A DNA stretch of 64,000 bases. It comes from Enterobacter phage CC31. Both the position numbers and the translations under genes were made by a program. The first letter of the stretch is position 1, and each line of letters opens with the position of its first letter. The stretch lies in sequence record NC_014662.1. One strand, 5' to 3'. The notes beneath the pieces were generated by a model, which worked only from the letters and a program-made list of their open reading frames with translations, did not search any database and was not told the origin of the DNA. This document shows, in pieces, positions 59,608 to 64,000 of the stretch.

Positions 59608-60393
59608 ATGGCTATAGCTGGTCCTAATATTGGGACATCATGGTTTAGAGAAACCGGTCAAAGACCGATGTCTGCCGCTCGAGTGGCAGTAAGACTTCCG
59701 GCAAGACCTGGAGGCGCTCGACAAATGGTTGGCTTATCTAAAGAAGTAAATTATAACATCGGCGCAAATAACTCTTACAATAAAGACACATTAATTAACT
59801 ACTTACGCTCTCAAGGCTCAACACCTGTAGTTGTTACTATCACTGGTAATTTAGTAAGTTATAGTTCTGGTGTAGCATGTCTTGAATTTCCGGCTAATTT
59901 ACCAAATGCTTATGTACATCTCATTATAAATGGCGGTGTTACTCTTTATGGAAGAGGAGGTAACGGTGGCGTTAAAGGGAATGGAGCTGCAGGCGGTCAT
60001 GCTATTAACAACCAATTTGGTACTCGTCTTCGTATTACAAATAACGGTGCAATAGCAGGCGGTGGTGGTGGAGGTGGAGGAAACTCTGCTAATGGTGGTA
60101 TGGGTGGTGGTGGTAGACCATTTGGTTATGCCGATAAAACACATCCGCCTGCTGCAGCTACTTCACGTGCTGCTACTGATGGTACTTTAACATCTCCAGG
60201 TATTGGTGCTGAATATAAAATTGGTACTGCAGTTCAATATACTTGTGGTTCTGGTGGTAATGTTGGAGCAAATGGTGGTGCATCTACAGGAAGGTTAGGA
60301 ACAAACTATGGAGGCGGATCTGCCGGTAGAGCTGTTATAGGTAATGCTCCTACATGGAATAAAGTTGGTACCATTTATGGGTCACGAGTTTAA
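59608..60393 (+). CDS. 38: T2-type receptor-binding adhesin gp38 with glycine-rich motifs
   Basis: 261 aa; several poly-Gly/GxG segments separated by variable segments. Confidence 0.75.
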   Translation: MAIAGPNIGTSWFRETGQRPMSAARVAVRLPARPGGARQMVGLSKEVNYNIGANNSYNKDTLINYLRSQGSTPVVVTITGNLVSYSSGVACLEFPANLPNAYVHLIINGGVTLYGRGGNGGVKGNGAAGGHAINNQFGTRLRITNNGAIAGGGGGGGGNSANGGMGGGGRPFGYADKTHPPAAATSRAATDGTLTSPGIGAEYKIGTAVQYTCGSGGNVGANGGASTGRLGTNYGGGSAGRAVIGNAPTWNKVGTIYGSRV

Positions 60394-60421
60394 ACATAAA
60401 TACCCTTGAAAAGGAGGGTAT

Positions 60422-61078
60422 ATGACCCAGAGAACACCACTACCAGGAATATCTGACATTTTATTTGGTGTTCTAGACAGACTCTTCAAAGATAACGCAA
60501 CCGGGAGGGTACTTGCTTCCCGGATTGTTGCTCTGATAGTTGTTTTCATTCTTTCGCTTACATGGTATCGCTTGGATGCTATAATGCAAGTATGGAAAGA
60601 GTCTCGTTATGAGACTTACACTAAAGTTTTGCAACAAGATAAAGAGGCTAAATTTGAAGCATCAGCTCTAGAACAACTACAGATAGCTCACGTTTCGAGC
60701 AATGCAGATTTTTCCGCAATTTACTCATTTAGACCACGCAACTTAAACTACTTTGTGGATTTAATTGCATATGAAGGGCGACTGCCTAGCACAGTCAACG
60801 AAAAAAATTTGGGAGGATTTCCAGTTGATAAGACTTCGAACGAATATTCTGCTCATTTGAGAGGTGCATATTTCTCTTCTGAGGATGAATTTGTTTTCTT
60901 ACCGACTAAGAAAAAGGATGGGGAGTTGAAGTACATGTACTCGTGCCCGTATTTCAACCTGGACAACGTTTATGCCGGGACAGTTTCCATGTACTGGTAT
61001 AGCAAACCACTCTTAAATGAAAATAGATTGGCCGCAATTTGTAGTCAAGCTGCTAGAACTTTAGGAAGAGCCAAGTAA
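60422..61078 (+). CDS. t: holin
   Basis: 218 aa; SDILFGVLDRLFKDNATG..VLASR and C-terminal YMYSCPYFNLDN match recalled T4 holin. Confidence 0.9.
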   Translation: MTQRTPLPGISDILFGVLDRLFKDNATGRVLASRIVALIVVFILSLTWYRLDAIMQVWKESRYETYTKVLQQDKEAKFEASALEQLQIAHVSSNADFSAIYSFRPRNLNYFVDLIAYEGRLPSTVNEKNLGGFPVDKTSNEYSAHLRGAYFSSEDEFVFLPTKKKDGELKYMYSCPYFNLDNVYAGTVSMYWYSKPLLNENRLAAICSQAARTLGRAK

Positions 61079-61086
61079 CAAGGATG

Positions 61087-61359
61087 TTACGGCTTGCTGT
61101 ACATCATCATATAGCGATATACTGATTCAAAACCTTCATTAAACTCTTCAACTAGCTGCTGTTTTTCTTCAGCTGTCATTTCTTCAATCATTTTACGGAA
61201 GTTACTCTGATTCAGAGGACGACCCAAATCATTCTTAATTCCAATTTCATTCAAAAATGCAATAAAATGTTCGCGTTTTTCAAGAATGTGTTCAGAACCA
61301 AATTTAATCAATACAGAAGCCACAGTAACAATTTCACGAACAATTTCAAGTTTAGACAT
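61087..61359 (-). CDS. asiA: anti-sigma70 factor AsiA
   Basis: 90 aa, close match to recalled T4 AsiA (VREIITVASILIKF, IAFLNEIG, NEGFE.VYRY); early promoter upstream. Confidence 0.9.
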   Translation of the reverse strand: MSKLEIVREIVTVASVLIKFGSEHILEKREHFIAFLNEIGIKNDLGRPLNQSNFRKMIEEMTAEEKQQLVEEFNEGFESVYRYMMMYSKP

Positions 61360-61392
61360 ATCAAGTATTTCCTACGACTTAATGGATTGAGA

Positions 61393-61424
61393 TTATAATA
61401 ACACAGTCTACTGCGAATGTAAAC
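61393..61424 (-). promoter_or_regulatory. early promoter upstream of asiA
   Basis: GTTTAC ... TGTGT-TATTAT, family member. Confidence 0.6.
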
Positions 61425-61426
61425 GG

Positions 61427-61684
61427 TTAGTTCACTACTTCCCAGCGTTGAAGTACATGGCCTGGTAGAGTCACATATTCGTCACCAGAGTCATAGCGAA
61501 TGGCGTAGCGACCATCAATCAACTCAGCTGATATATACCATTCGGCTCCTACTACACGAACCCTACGTTTCATCCAGTGACAAATCTCCATGGCCTCTTG
61601 ATAGCTGTAGTCCACCATGTCACCGAGCGCAAGCTTGTTCATCATTCCTTCAAGATAGCGTTGAATCTCTACTGTCTGGTTCAT
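61427..61684 (-). CDS. hypothetical protein
   Basis: 85 aa ORF. Confidence 0.55.
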   Translation of the reverse strand: MNQTVEIQRYLEGMMNKLALGDMVDYSYQEAMEICHWMKRRVRVVGAEWYISAELIDGRYAIRYDSGDEYVTLPGHVLQRWEVVN

Positions 61685-62034
61685 TAAATTTTCTCGTAGT
61701 TTATTTTCAATTCAAATTCGTCAGCAACACCTTTGAGGAATTGATAACCTTGCATGACGTCAGAAACACTACGCTTAGAGCTTACGGTGAAATAACAAAA
61801 TGTTTCTTCACTTGCTTTTATTTCGCAGTGAGTGAGTAGAGATTCTGGATGATTAATAGCGTTGACAAATTTTTGAAAAGTTGTATCTTCAAAATATTTC
61901 CAAGAGCAATCTTGCTCCTCTTGGCTCAAAGAGAACCATACCACGAGATGATACACTGGAGTTATTGCATCTACAACACTGGTGTGTTCATCCCATGCTT
62001 TCCGTTCGGCTTCGATATGAGAAATCTTATTCAT
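61684..62034 (-). CDS. hypothetical protein
   Basis: 116 aa ORF. Confidence 0.55.
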   Translation of the reverse strand: MNKISHIEAERKAWDEHTSVVDAITPVYHLVVWFSLSQEEQDCSWKYFEDTTFQKFVNAINHPESLLTHCEIKASEETFCYFTVSSKRSVSDVMQGYQFLKGVADEFELKINYEKI

Positions 62035-62305
62035 AATATCCTTCTGTCATTTCGTCAATAATATTGTCAATATGAGCAATAGCATCTTCAATTCGCTTAT
62101 CGGAAATTGCTACAATTTCAAACGTACCATTCAAAAACATACGAATGATGAAATCATTGTCATTAATATCCGATTTGACATCATTTTCAATTTCACTTAG
62201 AGTATCATAGAAAATGCCAGTGCCATTAAATTGGTCCTGGAACTCACGGAGTCTCTCGCTGGTATAAGTGACGTAAGGTACCATTTTAATTTCAGATGTG
62301 CTCAT
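62027..62305 (-). CDS. hypothetical strongly acidic protein (possible DNA mimic, Arn-like by size and charge only)
   Basis: 92 aa with ~23 Asp/Glu versus ~7 Lys/Arg. Confidence 0.5.
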   Translation of the reverse strand: MSTSEIKMVPYVTYTSERLREFQDQFNGTGIFYDTLSEIENDVKSDINDNDFIIRMFLNGTFEIVAISDKRIEDAIAHIDNIIDEMTEGYYE

Positions 62306-62388
62306 AACCTTTTCCTTTATGCTTTTGCTTACGACGAGATTCTTTTTCCTGGCGCTTCATATCTTTATGAGCGCCGCCTTTATTGAAA

Positions 62389-62604
62389 TCATGCTTTGCT
62401 ACTGGATTGTTCATAATGCTCTATAACCTCTCTTAGACAATATGACTCTAAGTTAAATCTTTTAGCAATCCCACACTCTATAATGTGGGACTTCAATTCG
62501 TTTGGAACAATATAACCTAATTCAACTATAAAGCGTTTAATCTGAGCCTTCTCTGAACGATTAAGGCTATTGAAATAATCACTCTTTCTGTGTATTGTTC
62601 TCAT
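62389..62604 (-). CDS. hypothetical protein
   Basis: 71 aa ORF. Confidence 0.45.
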   Translation of the reverse strand: MRTIHRKSDYFNSLNRSEKAQIKRFIVELGYIVPNELKSHIIECGIAKRFNLESYCLREVIEHYEQSSSKA

Positions 62605-62890
62605 TTAATTGTTCCAAACGTCGTTCGAGTTCTTTAATCATTTCGTTGTTCATTGCTTTGTATATATCAAGCAAGAATGGCTTAACACCGCCGTTATAAG
62701 GAGTTTCAAACGGACAGATATAATCTTTACCAAGAAGCTTCTTCATGAAAGGATGCTCTGCCATTCTGAATCCAGGGTCATTTGCATAAGTTCCCCAGTT
62801 TTCATCCATCATTTCATTAGCACGTTGCAGAGAAGCAATTTGAGTTTTGATTAAAATGATGTTGTGACGCAGACATGATAAATCAGACAT
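62579..62890 (-). CDS. hypothetical protein
   Basis: 103 aa ORF. Confidence 0.5.
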   Translation of the reverse strand: MSDLSCLRHNIILIKTQIASLQRANEMMDENWGTYANDPGFRMAEHPFMKKLLGKDYICPFETPYNGGVKPFLLDIYKAMNNEMIKELERRLEQLNENNTQKE

Positions 62891-63273
62891 TAGTATAAAT
62901 CCTCGGAAAATAATGTATCAGCAGGGCCGCCTTTCTGGCGGCGAGTATTAATTTGACCAGCATGAGTTGCAATGATTAATGCTTCTTTGCGAGTAAGATA
63001 ATTTCCCCATTGGTCCAGGAAACCTTGGTCATCACCATAAACTTGTTCAGAAACTACCTTATCACGCATTTGGTCTAATACTAGAGCCATGTCTTTTGAA
63101 TAATGACGAGTCCCTGGAATAACTAACTCTCCGCCATCTTTCAATTTAAAACGATTAGCTGCACAGACGATAACTCGTTGAAGTAAACGGCCATCCCACC
63201 AGTCAGCTTTAATGAAACAGATTTCAGGAATTCGTTCGCCGATATTCTGAGTTTCGATTAAATCACCATTCAT
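62890..63273 (-). CDS. hypothetical protein
   Basis: 127 aa with conserved-looking blocks VIVCAANR, GTRHYS, IATHAGQ. Confidence 0.55.
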   Translation of the reverse strand: MNGDLIETQNIGERIPEICFIKADWWDGRLLQRVIVCAANRFKLKDGGELVIPGTRHYSKDMALVLDQMRDKVVSEQVYGDDQGFLDQWGNYLTRKEALIIATHAGQINTRRQKGGPADTLFSEDLY

Positions 63274-63680
63274 TTGAAGAATCCTTTAATTTTCTGCCAC
63301 AGAGTTTTTGGTTCACGAATTCCCCAAACACGAAGTTCAGGTTCTTTAACTACTTCGTTAATCCACTCTTCAACTTCTTCAAGCTCTTTCTTTGCGATGA
63401 CGACAGAACATGAATCAATGAAGCGAGCCAATGCCTGCATGTAAGTTGCACAATCACCACAGTGACGACCTAAAGAACTGTGAACTGCATAACAACCTTT
63501 GTATTTACGTTCAATGCTACCAAGATGTGTTCCACGGAACCAGACTTCCCATGCTTCGGTTGGTAAGTAGTGTTCATCTGTTACTCGTTCAGCACAACGC
63601 TGAAGTTCATTCAAAATCGCTGGACGGTTCATTGACTTTTTGACGCGGTCGATTTGAGCATTCAGGTTTTTCATGTTCAT
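63270..63680 (-). CDS. hypothetical protein with Cys/His cluster
   Basis: 136 aa; C..H....HCGDC arrangement. Confidence 0.55.
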   Translation of the reverse strand: MNMKNLNAQIDRVKKSMNRPAILNELQRCAERVTDEHYLPTEAWEVWFRGTHLGSIERKYKGCYAVHSSLGRHCGDCATYMQALARFIDSCSVVIAKKELEEVEEWINEVVKEPELRVWGIREPKTLWQKIKGFFK

Positions 63681-63694
63681 CTTTAATTTCCTTA

Positions 63695-64000
63695 TTACAG
63701 AGTGTCAACAGCGTGGATGATGTTTTCAATGTTTTCCTGAGTACGTGGAATGTCCAGGTATACATTGCCATTTTTGGAATGTTTAGCAACCATTCCGAGG
63801 TCTTCGAAGTGTTTAACTTGTTCTTCAGTCATTTTGTAACCAGAGATACGGAAGTTACCTTTGTTTGATACCTCGAAGCTGCGAATACCGAAAGTACGTT
63901 TTTCAAGTACCGCGATGAAGTTGCTACGATAAACATCCAGTTTTTTGATTGTGAACAGATTATCTTTAGTAGCCAGAATTTCCATCATCAGATTTTTGTC
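63695..64000 (-). CDS. motA: middle-transcription activator MotA, C-terminal DNA-binding part; 5' end beyond window
   Basis: VYRSNFIAVLEKRT.GIR.FEV...GN.RI.GYKM...KNGNVYLDI matches recalled T4 MotA C-terminal domain; frame open to window edge. Confidence 0.8.
   Translation of the reverse strand, partial: DKNLMMEILATKDNLFTIKKLDVYRSNFIAVLEKRTFGIRSFEVSNKGNFRISGYKMTEEQVKHFEDLGMVAKHSKNGNVYLDIPRTQENIENIIHAVDTL

Noticed and set aside
60055-60090. Repetitive GGT/GGA tract as a possible simple repeat or CRISPR-like element
   Set aside because: It lies in frame inside gp38 and encodes the poly-glycine motif; no spacer-repeat periodicity
62296-62418. Possible 40-codon basic peptide between 62027..62305 and 62389..62604
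   Set aside because: Overlaps the upstream gene end by ~30 nt and has no convincing ribosome-binding site
1-64000. tRNA genes, CRISPR arrays, transposons or insertion sequences
   Set aside because: No cloverleaf-like conserved stretches, no regularly spaced direct repeats and no transposase-like ORFs were seen; coding density is continuous

Overview
This window is a contiguous stretch of a T4-like (T-even) myovirus genome, syntenic with coliphage T4 from the 3' part of tail sheath gene 18 to the 3' part of motA. In order it holds the head module (19, 20, 67, 68, 21, 22, 23, 24), rnlB-hoc-inh, uvsW/uvsY, the baseplate hub genes (25, 26, 51, 27, 28, 29, 48, 54), a ~28 kb leftward-transcribed early region (alt, 30, rIII, 31, cd, pseT, spanins, alc, rnlA, denA, nrdB, nrdA, td, frd, 32, 59, 33, dsbA, rnh) and the long-tail-fibre/lysis module (34, 35, 36, 37, 38, t), then asiA. 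Identifications rest on gene order, motifs and T4 protein sequences recalled from memory; no database search or folding was run. Departures from T4: td and nrdB are intron-free, gp38 is the T2-type glycine-rich adhesin, and several accessory slots (30-rIII, pseT-alc, td-frd, frd-32, asiA-motA) are filled with extra small ORFs of unknown function. The main anomalies are a td frame that runs on past the canonical end at an A6 homopolymer, a hoc gene split into two frames, a tandem paralog pair between frd and td, a pair of 21-bp palindromic repeats downstream of gene 32, and a family of eight minus-strand early promoters, two of which carry inverted repeats able to sequester the downstream ribosome-binding site. 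No tRNA, CRISPR array or transposon signature was seen, and no single clearly novel multi-gene system could be demonstrated; the asiA-motA and frd-32 clusters are the best candidates.
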